Part shown: piece by piece, positions 24,083-36,829 of the stretch
How positions within the stretch are numbered: the first letter of the stretch is position 1
How the letters are laid out: each line of letters opens with the position of its first letter
DNA from: Octopus bimaculoides
Lineage: Eukaryota
NCBI RefSeq assembly: GCF_001194135.2
Contig: NC_068993.1
Span: 42,653,395-42,691,196 of the forward strand
Reading direction: 5' to 3'
Length of the DNA: 37,802 bases
Notes under the pieces: generated by a model
Told to the model about the DNA's origin: nothing
What the model saw: only the letters and a program-made list of their open reading frames with translations
Database searches by the model: none
Position numbers and translations under genes: made by a program

Positions 24083-25825
24083 TAGATTCTTCTTTATTTG
24101 GCGATTCTTTTACAATGAAGACCTGCTCCCTGAATGTTGGAGTGCTGAGCTTTAGACCACGAGATTTTGCGAGATATTCTTATGCCTGTAGGTGCAATAT
24201 ATTCTTGCGCAAGCATCGTTTCACTTTTTTCTAATTCACTCACCTGAAAAAGGAGTAACAGCGGCATGTGTAAATAAATTGTTGATGGTCTGGCGTCTCG
24301 TTCAATTGAAGTAATGTGTTCTCAGTCTCCTAAAGTATAAAGAAAACCGGATTAGCTTTGATCTCATGGCCCAGTGGACTCAATGCAGACACCTTTATTC
24401 AATCAGTAATTTTACCGAACCCCTAAATTTTGTAGCATAATGGCTAAAAACACAAATGCCACAACTTTTAAGACCGGTGAAAACTTAAATATAGACACGT
24501 ACTCAGTCACACAGATACAGATATGCGTATAAATATGCACGCGGTGGCATCTTACACAGTGTTTGTCTCCCAAATTCCTTACATGTGCACTGTCAAAAAT
24601 ATCCATCAATATACAGTATTCAAAAAACCCTCGAATTATATATCATATATTTTTAATTCAAAGGAAAAACAACAGAACTTTTTCTTGAACATTGAAACTG
24701 TTCCAAAAACGAAGATATAGGAAATGTATTTTTGGTTGNNNNNNNNNNNNNNNNNNNNNNNNNNNNNNNNNNNNNNNNNNNNNNNNNNNNNNNNNNNNNN
24801 NNNNNNNNNNNNNNNNNNNNNNNNNNNNNNNNNNNNNNNNNNNNNNNNNNNNNNNNNNNNNNNNNNNNNNNNNNNNNNNNNNNNNNNNNNNNNNNNNNNN
24901 NNNNNNNNNNNNNNNNNNNNNNNNNNNNNNNNNNNNNNNNNNNNNNNNNNNNNNNNNNNNNNNNNNNNNNNNNNNNNNNNNNNNNNNNNNNNNNNNNNNN
25001 NNNNNNNNNNNNNNNNNNNNNNNNNNNNNNNNNNNNNNNNNNNNNNNNNNNNNNNNNNNTATATATATATATATATCAGAATAAAACAAAATGAGAAACA
25101 TTTATTCTTCAAAAGAACCTTGATAAAAGAACATATATAAGCCAAAAGAGAAAGCATATATTAGAGACATTTTACTTCAAATATTCAATTCAGTATCATA
25201 AGATAGAGCCTGCGGGAAATCCAGATAGTCGTCTTAGTTCTCTATATCACACTACTAGTGAAGGCCATCTTAACATCGTTATAGATCCCTAGGCCAATCA
25301 GTGTACAAGACCTTATAGTATTATTTGATGGCAGGTCACAGCATATATAAATTAGAACTGGGTTTCTAGAACTGTGAGCCTCCTGGATAACTTTCCAGTG
25401 TGTCCATGCTTTAAAATGGCCCTGCTACCAGTGTAATAGATTCTGCTTCAGTTCTTTCATATATAGAATAATTGCTGGTCATAACTTTGATCTTTGCGAC
25501 TGCATTCTCCATATACGATTCAGCAAGTTTTTATACAATAAGGTGAACTAAGTAAACGTGCCTTGCAATGCATTAAGCCATCTTTAAACCGAAAGAACTC
25601 TTATCATCAATTGAATGCAAACCCTTGTAGCTGAGCGAATTTCATCGCTGCCTACGTCTGATCAACCGACATATCGCTATGTTTTCGAAGTAGACAAACA
25701 GACCTTTCATGATATTTGAAATATTATCTTCAAATTTTTCAAACATGGCAACAATATTTTGTTGGATAACAAAATATAAATTTAACAGCACTTGAGTTAT
25801 AATTGTTCAACACTACTATGGCTTT

Positions 25826-26211
25826 GTGGAGGCGCAACGGCCCAGTGGTTAGGCTGCGGACTCGCGGTCATTGGATCGCGGTTTCGATTTCCTGACCGGG
25901 CGTTGTGAGTGTTTATTGAGTGAAAACACTTAAAGATCTACGGGACTCCGGCAGGGGATGGTGGCGAACCCTGCTGTACCCATTCACCACAACTTTCTCT
26001 CACTCTTACATCGTGTTTATTTTGTGCCTGTAATTCAAAGGGTTAGCATTGTCACACTGTGTCACGCTGAATATCCCCGAGAACTACGTTAAGGGTACAC
26101 GTGTCTGTGGAGTGCTCAGCCACTTGCACGGTAATTTCACGAGCAGGCTGTTCCGTTAATCGGATCAACTGGAACCCTCGACGTCGTAAGCGACGGAGTG
26201 CCAACAACAAC
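25826..26211 (+). mobile_element. Full-length tRNA-derived SINE (family C) with (AAC)n tail and 11-bp TSD
   Basis: Head ggcgcaacggcccagtggttagg (A box) and ggtttcgatttcc (B box). Perfect TSD actatggcttt at 25815-25 and 26212-22. 3' stem-loop and aacaacaac tail. Confidence 0.9.
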
Positions 26212-26756
26212 ACTATGGCTTTAAGAAATATGACTTGCTATATTTTTCAATAAATGTAATACTCATTTCTACATGAGATACACACCAAGCGACTGTAACT
26301 TTATGGTCAACCCAAAGGTAAAGAAAGCCAAAGCTATGTTATGAAAGTCTTTCTCCAAGACATCTCCTGTTAGTTTCTTCGTCATAGAATTAAATTTCAA
26401 CGGTATATAATAACGTTCAACAGTTCTAAACTTATTGCAAATATCGACTACCCACAACTGTTACTACGCTCAGCATAATAAATTTATTTTGCGAAATAAA
26501 TAGTCAACCAGTTTAAGGATAAGAAGCAGTATGTTCTTAGTGATCAAATTCTATTTACTCTTATGTCGGCGTCCTATTCTTATTAATTCCTGAACGTGTT
26601 TGTAGTGGACAAAACTGCAAACAACAAATTGAACATAGTTACCAAACAGCAATGTTGAGAGACCGAACTTGTGTCTACAATACTTGCAAAGTAAACATTT
26701 TTAATTATACATCTACACATGCACTTACATCGATATTTCAACTACGTACTCATTAA

Positions 26757-26815
26757 GTACGAAACAGTAAACAGTATACGAAACAGTATACGAAACAGTA
26801 TATATATATATATAT
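26757..26815. repeat. Short 12-bp minisatellite (tacgaaacagta) grading into (TA)n
   Basis: Read directly, about 3 copies. Confidence 0.8.
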
Positions 26816-27589
26816 ATAATCCTTCGATTTGGGGTATATAAATTAAATCTAAATTGCCCTGACTTGAATTTGAACCTATGAAACTCCGACACCTACTGTG
26901 TCAGTTATTTCTACTATCACACTGAGAACGAAAATAGTAAAAGTGTATATTCTCTCTAAAGGTTGTGCTTCTTGCGGCAGTAAACACAGAAATCTGATCA
27001 AACTGAAAATAAGTTACATAAAATATAAATATGTGCTGCATATGTAAATATTATGTTAATAGCAATTTGCGTGTTTAACAGGATTTCATTTTAACACGTG
27101 TGAAGTTTTTACGCCAAGATATTGACATGGTGGAAAGTATAAGTGTGAATAAAATTATGTATTTATGGGAAAGGTAAATAAAGCTATGGAAAGCCAAAAC
27201 TATTTATTCTGTACGAAAGAAAGGAAATAGATATGAAGCATTTCCTGCTCTCTAGTTAGGAATTATTTCAAGTCTATAATTATTTATACGAGTGTTTACA
27301 TAAACAGGTGACCTTTAATATAGATAGAAACAGCTATGTGTGATATATGAATTCATAACATGAATGCCTTGACATCGTCCCACTGTAGTAGTTACAAATT
27401 TTCATACATTGATGCAGAAATAAACATGCACATCGCACAGAAAAACACTGAGATATGTTCAAGTATTTTTCTAGACACGGGCGTCTACAAACATACAAAG
27501 ACATCGTACACATATATACTTTGTGTGAGTGGTGTGTATGTGAGTGTGTGTAGTGTGTATGTGAGTGTGTGTGTAAGAATATACAAATA

Positions 27590-27844
27590 CATATACACAC
27601 ATAAATATATACATTAACATGTTTATATGCATGTTTGTAAATATGTGTCTATACGTGTATATGTATATGTATATATGTATGTATGCATGTATGTATAAAG
27701 GTATCTATATTCATATATACACGCATATATATAAACATACCTACATATATAGATATATAGATAGATACATACATACATATATACATACATACATTTATAT
27801 ATGTTTGCATGCATATTCTTATATATATGTACGCATACATTTAT
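27590..27844. repeat. Degenerate (TA/TG/CATA)n low-complexity tract before a gap
   Basis: Read directly. Confidence 0.9.
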
Positions 27845-28726
27845 NNNNNNNNNNNNNNNNNNNNNNNNNNNNNNNNNNNNNNNNNNNNNNNNNNNNNNNN
27901 NNNNNNNNNNNNNNNNNNNNNNNNNNNNNNNNNNNNNNNNNNNNNNNNNNNNNNNNNNNNNNNNNNNNNNNNNNNNNNNNNNNNNNNNNNNNNNNNNNNN
28001 NNNNNNNNNNNNNNNNNNNNNNNNNNNNNNNNNNNNNNNNNNNNNNNNNNNNNNNNNNNNNNNNNNNNNNNNNNNNNNNNNNNNNNNNNNNNNNNNNNNN
28101 NNNNNNNNNNNNNNNNNNNNNNNNNNNNNNNNNNNNNNNNNNNNNNNNNNNNNNNNNNNNNNNNNNNNNNNNNNNNNNNNNNNNNNNNNNNNNNNNNNNN
28201 NNNNNNNNNNNNNNNNNNNNNNNNNNNNNNNNNNNNNNNNNNNNNNNNNNNNNNNNNNNNNNNNNNNNNNNNNNNNNNNNNNNNNNNNNNNNNNNNNNNN
28301 NNNNNNNNNNNNNNNNNNNNNNNNNNNNNNNNNNNNNNNNNNNNNNNNNNNNNNNNNNNNNNNNNNNNNNNNNNNNNNNNNNNNNNNNNNNNNNNNNNNN
28401 NNNNNNNNNNNNNNNNNNNNNNNNNNNNNNNNNNNNNNNNNNNNNNNNNNNNNNNNNNNNNNNNNNNNNNNNNNNNNNNNNNNNNNNNNNNNNNNNNNNN
28501 NNNNNNNNNNNNNNNNNNNNNNNNNNNNNNNNNNNNNNNNNNNNNNNNNNNNNNNNNNNNNNNNNNNNNNNNNNNNNNNNNNNNNNNNNNNNNNNNNNNN
28601 NNNNNNNNNNNNNNNNNNNNNNNNNNNNNNNNNNNNNNNNNNNNNNNNNNNNNNNNNNNNNNNNNNNNNNNNNNNNNNNNNNNNNNNNNNNNNNNNNNNN
28701 NNNNNNNNNNNNNNNNNNNNNNNNNN

Positions 28727-28772
<46 letters not shown>

Positions 28773-28828
28773 GGTTGACGGTTAATATTGTTATTTGATT
28801 GATAGATAATAATACTTTTTCTCCGTAA

Positions 28829-28868
28829 ATTTCCTGAAGAAAGGGCTCTAACCCTGAAATATTGAAAT
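28829..28868 (+). ncRNA. Putative minimal type I hammerhead ribozyme (Penelope-associated, dimeric type)
   Basis: ATTTC-CTGAAGA-A-AGGG(CTCTAA)CCCT-GAA-ATAT-T-GAAAT: 5-bp stem I, CUGANGA core, 4-bp stem II, GAA, palindromic AUAU stem III and NUH = AUU. Confidence 0.55.
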
Positions 28869-29037
28869 ACCTGGTAACAATATAACCATCGACCTGTACT
28901 ATTTAATATTTAAAACTTGCTTGTTTTGTCTTTTAAATAGACACTTATAATATTTCACTTGCATGCATACATACATACATACATACATACATATGTACGT
29001 ATATACATACATACGTACGTATGTACATACATATATA

Positions 29038-30135
29038 TTAGGTTGTTTCACATGAAATGTCGCATTTTTAATTACTTGTTATTTCAGTCATTTAAAAATG
29101 CAATTATATATATCTTGCATTTAATCTTGACTCTTTTTCTTTCCCAACGATATTGGTATACAAAATTCGTACCCACAGACTGTAAGAAAATAATAACAAC
29201 CAAACTATGTTGAGTGATTTTCTCGTATGAGTACAAACTGGATCACCCTGCCGCAGAAGCTCTATGGAATTTCAAGCGGGCCTTTGGTAATAGTTTTGTT
29301 GACATCAGAACTGTTTAGAGATGGTTCCAAAGCTCTCGTTCATGAGATGATAGCCTTGAAAATAAACCAAGGAGTAGGCCAAAATCATTTATTCGGCATG
29401 ATGGATTAAATGCTTTGGTTGAAAAAAATCCGAGAACAAAGGTGCGAAAACTTTCATCAGAACTCCAAACATCTCGCACAACTGCTTTTAGACACCTGTA
29501 AAGAATTGGAAATGTCAAGAAAACAGATAGGTTTGTTCCACATCGACTGAACGAGATTAAAAAAACGGATGCTTCGAAGTGTGCTCCTTAGTATTTTCTC
29601 GACTGGGAAAAGACCATTTTTGCATCAAATCATTACTTGTGATGAGAAAGGGAGTTATTCATAATTCATTTTTGCAAGAAGGAAAAACGGTAACAGGAAA
29701 TTAATTGTATGCATGAGAATTTGAAAAAGAAGCAACTCAGACTAATGAATAGAGATGGCCCAATTTTTTTCCACGGCAATGCATGTCCACACACTCCGCA
29801 AGCTATTGTCCAAAAGTTACAAACTTGAATTATGAGATTTTGCAACATTCTCCCTGTTCCCCTGATATCTCTCCTACTGATCGTCACTTATTTAAGCATT
29901 TTGAGCTTTTCATAAGCAACAAAACATTCTTAAATAGAAAAGAGGTAAATGAAGCATTCAGACAGTTTATCACCGTAAAAGATGAATTTATTTTGCTACA
30001 AATGGAATATATGACATAGAGAAACGTTGGGTAAACGTCATAAATGAACATGGATCATACTTTGATTAAATAAATCAGTTCTCTAACACTTCTGAAACAT
30101 TTTATTGTTACCTTTCAAATACGACATTTCATATG
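29038..30135 (+). mobile_element. mariner-family transposon (DD34D type), internally deleted and decayed
   Basis: TA|ttaggttgtttcacatgaaatgtcgcattt at left; 17/19 match to rc of aaatacgacatttcatatg at right. RTV*RWF, FVPHRL, IITCDEK, HGNACPH (D mutated to G), SPDISPTDRHLF and HGSYFD* (TAA 30067-69). Confidence 0.88.
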
Positions 30136-32587
30136 TGTGTGTGTATANNNNNNNNNNNNNNNNNNNNNNNNNNNNNNNNNNNNNNNNNNNNNNNNNNNNN
30201 NNNNNNNNNNNNNNNNNNNNNNNNNNNNNNNNNNNNNNNNNNNNNNNNNNNNNNNNNNNNNNNNNNNNNNNNNNNNNNNNNNNNNNNNNNNNNNNNNNNN
30301 NNNNNNNNNNNNNNNNNNNNNNNNNNNNNNNNNNNNNNNNNNNNNNNNNNNNNNNNNNNNNNNNNNNNNNNNNNNNNNNNNNNNNNNNNNNNNNNNNNNN
30401 NNNNNNNNNNNNNNNNNNNNNNNNNNNNNNNNNNNNNNNNNNNNNNNNNNNNNNNNNNNNNNNNNNNNNNNNNNNNNNNNNNNNNNNNNNNNNNNNNNNN
30501 NNNNNNNNNNNNNNNNNNNNNNNNNNNNNNNNNNNNNNNNNNNNNNNNNNNNNNNNNNNNNNNNNNNNNNNNNNNNNNNNNNNNNNNNNNNNNNNNNNNN
30601 NNNNNNNNNNNNNNNNNNNNNNNNNNNNNNNNNNNNNNNNNNNNNNNNNNNNNNNNNNNNNNNNNNNTATATATGCAAATGTGTACGTGTGTCACTGCAT
30701 AACTGTATCAAATAATTGAGTATTGGATGTTGTTATACACCGCTGTTCACAATGCGTTTCCTTGTATTGTTTTAGCTTTCGATTGATGCCAGCCCACTAG
30801 CTAGGCTGGCAGGCTAACATGAACCTTGAAAGGAACGCTAGTCCAACGCACAAAGTTACCCATTAGAGTGATTTGCAGTAACTGATAGGAAGTGCCAAAC
30901 AACACAAGAACACATACGTATTATAAGAAGTAGCGACAGAGATAAACTTCATAACCAACGGTTTCATACCAACCTGGGACTTCTCATAGTTATGAAGGCT
31001 CGAGATATCGTGTGGCTTAGCGGTGTTCGTATTGTATGAGCGATTATGAGTGGATATGATTCCTGAGAAGTTTGTATATTTTGCTATTTATTTGGCTTAT
31101 ATTTTGTCATAACGTATGTATATGGATATTCACGCGTGTGTGTCTGTGTATGTAACTTTGTGTGCAAATATCACTTTTGGAGAGAGTTTTGCTTTATATT
31201 TGATTATAATATGGTTTTCACCATTCTGAGATATATCCTATATTTATCTTATTCTAAACTTATATGATGAAATTAGAAATATCTGTTGCTCAATCTAACT
31301 TCCACGCTGATACACATGCCATTCTAAACGGCTCAAACCACTGTGCATATACGAATACATTACCAGAGAAGAAAAACAGAATAATAAAATTCAAAGCTTC
31401 CATACACATACACGCGCGCGCGCGCGCACATACCATGAATAACCACCCACTCAAAGACAAATACAATCGAAGCATGAACTTCTTGTATGCATATATGTAT
31501 ATGTGTATGTAATTATAAATCTGTATGTGTGTGTATTCATATATTTACATCTGCATGTTTATGTGTATATATGCATGTGTATTAATGTGTATCAAATATG
31601 CGTGTCTGTATTGCACGTAAGTAAGTATGTATGTACGTATGTATGTATATATATACGTATGTGTGTATGTATATACATATAACTGCATAATTCATGTAAA
31701 CAACGTATTACAATATCATAAACGAGTTTGCTCATTTTACATGTATATCCCGACGTAATTATAAATTATATACACAAATATTCTCCTGTAAACTCTTCAA
31801 TAGCTATTTGATTAATTATTTTAACATTCGCAGGCATTACATATGCACATATGTTTATTAGAATAAACAAATGTTTTTATCGGTGTGTGTGCATGCGTAG
31901 GTGTGTGAGCATGTGTAGGTGTGTGTATGTGCACGTGTGTGTGTATGTNNNNNNNNNNNNNNNNNNNNNNNNNNNNNNNNNNNNNNNNNNNNNNNNNNNN
32001 NNNNNNNNNNNNNNNNGGGGGGGGGGGTGTAATGTGAGGTGTAGTATTTAAGAAGTAAATAAGCCTACGTCATTTAAATAAAATTCAGCTATATTTCTCA
32101 GCAGAGAAAATACTACGCGCGCTTGTTTGTGTGCGATGTTTAGAAGCGAGTTGTTCTTGGCAGCAATATCTGTTGCTATGTATCATTATGATTTAGAGAA
32201 GAGGCAATCGATAACTAACAAAATGAATCGTGCAGTTTTGCTGATTAAGGTAATACAACCAATTATTTGTAATTACTGTCATAGTTGGATGTCAAGGCGG
32301 TAAAACAAGAACAGCAGGATGTTATCCGGAAGGAAATCAGCAGATGGATTAATAAACAGGTAATTAAAGGGTATAGTGATTGCCTCATTATTTTTTGAAA
32401 AATTTCCCAGGTTCTGCTTAATTCCTCTGTAGTTGATGTTGTCTTCACAATACGTATCTAATGATTCGCAGCCAACTAGCAGCTATAGATTGTTCCATAT
32501 AGTTATGCCAAATCAACGAGAGAATATATATATATATACGTTTTCACACACAAACACACATACACGTGTGTTTTAATGCATATATAG

Positions 32588-32595
32588 ATGCATGC

Positions 32596-32667
<72 letters not shown>

Positions 32668-32745
32668 ATATGTATGTATGTATGTATGTATGTATATATG
32701 TATGTATGTATGTATTTATGTATTTATGTGTGTATGTATTTATAT
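32588..32745. repeat. Compound microsatellite (TA)n-(TG)n-(TATG)n
   Basis: Read directly. Confidence 0.95.
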
Positions 32746-32883
32746 AGAGAGAGCCGTGAATGTATCGGTGAGTTAAACAATAACCTAATCACACGGAATA
32801 TTAGATCTACTCGCCTTGCAATTAAAATATGCATGTTATATATACTGAGACGTGTCACTCTATGAGAACACCATTTAAAATTC

Positions 32884-32990
32884 TGTTTGTTGCTGTTGTT
32901 GTTGTTGTTATTGTTGTTGTTGATGGTGTTGCTGGTGGTGATGGTGGTGGTGTTACCGTTGCTAGTGGCACTGATGCTGTTGTTGTTCTT
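32884..32990. repeat. Mixed (GTT/GGT/GCT)n trinucleotide tract
   Basis: Read directly; explains the poly-L/V and poly-N/T ORFs. Confidence 0.9.
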
Positions 32991-35900
32991 TAGTTCCATT
33001 TCAGTCCCGATGAAGCAGACTTATACCCACCTCTATTCCAGTTGTGACTATCCTCGCTTTTATATATGTACAAAGAATAAAGGACCACCAAGATGATAAG
33101 GAGCAATTTGAGATAAATTTGGTTACTATTTATTGCAGATTGAGAAAGTCATAATTAAAAGACCTCTCTCCTTCGCCCGTGCTTGAATTCTATTCCTAGT
33201 GTTTGGTAAGAAAGCGCCTCCTATGACATAAGAGAATAAACAATTGTAAACTCTTTTGCTTTTTAAAAGCGATGCCCCAGCTTGACCGCTGTCCAGTAAC
33301 TGAAACAAATGAAAGGTAAAACGTTAAGTAAAATATACTGCAAATGATTCTATATTGGAAAGAACAGCCGCATAAAAGCTGTAAAGGGAGATAATAACAA
33401 GAGGTCACCAACTCAAAAAGATGCATATAATTTTATAAAAGTCAAAAAGCAAGAAAATCTAAAATGATATAGGACTAAGATAGATGAATTGCGCTTGTGG
33501 TTTTATTTGTTTCAGTATCATAAACATATCGAGTAAATCTCTTGCTATTCCGTTTATATCAGACAGAAGTCGTTACTGAAATCTTTTGAAACTTCATAAA
33601 ATTATATTTATAGTTTTCACTTAGCAATAATCATGCCTCCGATAACCCTCATCGGAGAAAATACCATTGTTGCAATTATACAACGGTAAACTTTTAGAAA
33701 TAAAACGTTAGTCAGTATTTTAATATTATTTTATGGCGCGCAGCCAAAACCTGGGTGTAGTTTCAGCCCTGTATTAAAACCAATTTAAATAACATCCCTC
33801 TGATGCTTTTGATACGAGGATGAACATCACAACTTCCTACTTCAGTAAAGGTAAAGCGTTACAGTAATGATATAATGTCAAATTACGTGCTTTCCTGTAT
33901 TTAATTCACGTTTTCAATGTTTTAAGTTAAAAAATAAGTCAATTATGGATGTTTGTATAAAGATTTCGTAATAAACTGACGTATATATTACTGATTATAT
34001 CGCTTTTTCTTCAAACATTTAGAGTCGCTCCTCAGTTTAAAAAAGAAAGAATATTTTGTTTAGTGTTTAAGACTTCCATAAAGAATGAGATAAACTTCCG
34101 GCGAAGCGGTGATTAATATACAGTTCTTACTCTCAGTCTAAGACTTTTCGCTGAAGATATGAGGCTAATTTTATGATTCGTGTTTTCATCCCTCTAAATA
34201 CATAAATTTCTAGAACGTCAAAAAGAATTCTTTTATACTATTATTTGTGATTTCTGAAGAATGGAGTTATCTGCTGGCAAACATGGCTGCCACTTGGTCC
34301 CTGTTTTCTCATTAAAGTAATTTAATGTTGCTTCCATTACAAATACACTTAAGATAGACACGACTACCACTGAATATTTTCCTCCATCAGAGAAATATGA
34401 AGAATTGCGTCTAAGCCAAAGAAATCAATATTATATACTTAGCAACATGGACCATGAATTAGCCAGAATATTGAATGTCTTACTCATAGACTTTCTGTAC
34501 ATACTTTCTTCTTCTTTCATTTTCACTTCTAATTACGTTATGGTGGACTTTGCTTTTCGTTCCTCGCCAAGACTTGATAGACTGAGTACTAGAAATATAC
34601 CGGATTAGACGTACCTGACTATATTACACCTCTTCAACAACTGATTATGTGCCCAAAAACGATACTCTGATGCAACTGGGAATCTCTCCTTAGAAACAAG
34701 CGTCAATTTTTTACATTACTTCATCAAGAAAAACTTGTTGAATAGCATAGAGCTAGATGTACTAAAGCTGAATAATCAGTGGGATGATCACCACTGGAAT
34801 TACTTTCATTAAAAGTCTACGGACTAATGGCCCATCTAGGGCCATCGACAAATAATAATATGGAGTAACAATGGCCCATCGGCAAATAATAATAGGGAGT
34901 AAAATAAGATCCAGTAATCCTGATTTAATTGACATTCTGTGACTAGTAAATATATAAGTAGTCGATAGAGAAAAGTGTTTTAAATAATGATATTAATAAT
35001 TTCTTTTCAATGTGTAACTATTGAAAATATCATTTTGTAATTATCGACTTCTAGCAACAAATTCCAAACAGAAATATGGCAGAGTCGACATCGTTAGATT
35101 TCAATATTCTTATTGCTTTCGTTTCCTTTTTGGGTGGGGGAGGAGGTAATTAGCGTCATATAAGGGATGTCATGTGTCACAGCCTTATATCGCAAATATA
35201 AAGTACCAGAAATAACCATTAGCTTTGGCTTCTACGACTCACACGTTAGCAGCACAGTTCTATAGAATGAGCCATTAAAAATAACTATGGAAGCATTAAA
35301 AGACCTTCAGATGTGTAATTCTTACAGACGATTCCATACATTAAAAATGAATTTAAAACACGTGATTTAAAACTGAGTGGTTGCTTGGCTATATGGCAGT
35401 TTGATTCGATTTGATGTTGAGGGGCGATTGAGCTAGTGTTTAAAAATTAAACAATAAAAGAAATAATAATACTAATAATCCAATTTCTCCTAATCTAGTG
35501 TGTAAAGAAAGTGTCCTTCCCAAATAAAAACTACATTAGGTTTGTCACTGGCACATTGTTGCTATGGGGAAAAATACGGTCCTGCCTATTAAAATTTGGA
35601 TTCAGCATTTTAATTTTCCGTTTACAAAAGACAGGGAATTTTCTTTGAACTTGAATCGGCATGACTCTGTTTTGTAAATAGTGTTTATGACCGTAGGGTA
35701 CCTTATATTCTCTTGTGTACTGATAATATCTTCAGTGGGAATCACTGAATGGAGATTCAAAGAAATAGAAGTTGATAATACTATTGATAATACATCTTGC
35801 AAGCAAGCAATGAATAGAGATTTTGGAGGAAGAGAGAGATTGCTTATACAGTTATTTAAAAGAAAAGTTGTATCTAACATGTTATTACTTATTACTTACA

Positions 35901-36034
35901 GCATTAAAATAGAAGCAAATGCTGCCATGTTTATAAGGTAAACGAACTCTTATGTTCACGTGATTATTATACAGTTATACAGAGACCGATGCAAGCTGTG
36001 GTGTGTCTATCGTTGTGCTTATTTGGGATTAATT

Positions 36035-36110
36035 TATGCAAATGTATGTGTGTATGCAAATGTATGTGTATGCAAATGTATGTGTGTATGCAAATGTATG
36101 TGTGTATGCG
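36035..36110. repeat. 16-18-bp minisatellite (tgcaaatgtatgtgtgta) x4
   Basis: Read directly. Confidence 0.9.
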
Positions 36111-36474
36111 CACGACTGTGTGTGTAGTAATGTATATGGTGATGTTTAGCTTCGGAAAATTATGTCTGTGTTTATAGCTGTTGAAGGATCACCTTTTCTT
36201 TACGTGTATATATATGTATGGTCGTGTGTTGTTCGTGCGAGCGTGTGGGTGTATGAGTGTGCAAGTATGTGTTTGAGTGTGTGTGTTTCGTGTAGGCGTT
36301 TAAGCAAGATGGCTTCTATCGCTATTATAGTGTTTAGCTTGTAATTATGTGTGTCTTATGTTGTGTTTAATGGATGATGATTTGTATTCGACATAGCGTT
36401 TAGTTGTGATTATTTGAATCTTTGTGTTTAGTCGCGGTTTAGTCGTGTCTCGTAGTGTTTTACCTACTGAAATA

Positions 36475-36625
36475 TGAGGAAGTGCTGAAAATTTCCTGGC
36501 TTTAGGTATAAGGAAATACAGGAGGACCAGTTAATTATGATTTTATTCAATATATTCCCCTCTCAGATTCGTACGTTGATTGCTGAGGTCTTTTAATGTG
36601 TCTAAGCCTTATAAAAGAACTTGAG
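36475..36625 (+). mobile_element. Possible mariner-type or MITE left-end fragment
   Basis: TA|tgaggaagtgctgaaaatttcctggc resembles CGAGG-starting mariner-type termini (from recall). No partner end was found. Confidence 0.3.
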
Positions 36626-36644
36626 ACAACCCATTTCTGTAATC

Positions 36645-36710
36645 AATAGGTCCGGCCTTATCACACTACGCTCTGTTCGAGAATTATATTAAGGTTACAC
36701 GGGCCAGGGG
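36645..36710 (+). mobile_element. Fragment of SINE family C
   Basis: gccttatcacactacgctctgttcgagaattatattaaggttacacg resembles 26045-26100. Confidence 0.5.
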
Positions 36711-36829
36711 AATACTCAGCCATTTATACGCTAATTCCACGTGCCTCGTAGTTTAGTCGATTGCACAGCTGAACACACCAATTCAGAAATTCTAACCGAA
36801 ATCTATTCATTTCTATTGGTTTCTAATTT

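Noticed and set aside
25830-25900. tRNA-like sequence
   Set aside because: It is the head of a SINE (continues into a 386-bp body with TSD) and gives no complete cloverleaf, so not called a tRNA gene.
30788-30810. GC-rich hairpin gccagcc-N9-ggctggc as a possible Helitron 3' end
   Set aside because: No CTRR terminus at the expected distance downstream and no other Helitron features.
2472-34260. Other CTGANGA cores (2472, about 5376, 7443, 21432, about 34151, about 34254 and several on the minus strand)
   Set aside because: None is followed by a paired stem II and GAAA; several lie inside transposase or RT coding sequence.
34828-34905. Short imperfect tandem duplication (atggcccatc...aataataata.ggagtaa x2)
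   Set aside because: Two copies only; ordinary local slippage duplication and not a CRISPR-like array.
35602-35941. Overlapping 86-aa (+) and 92-aa (-) ORFs, with a possible exon 35736-35937
   Set aside because: No recognisable motif; splice sites are mediocre and the length is within chance expectation.
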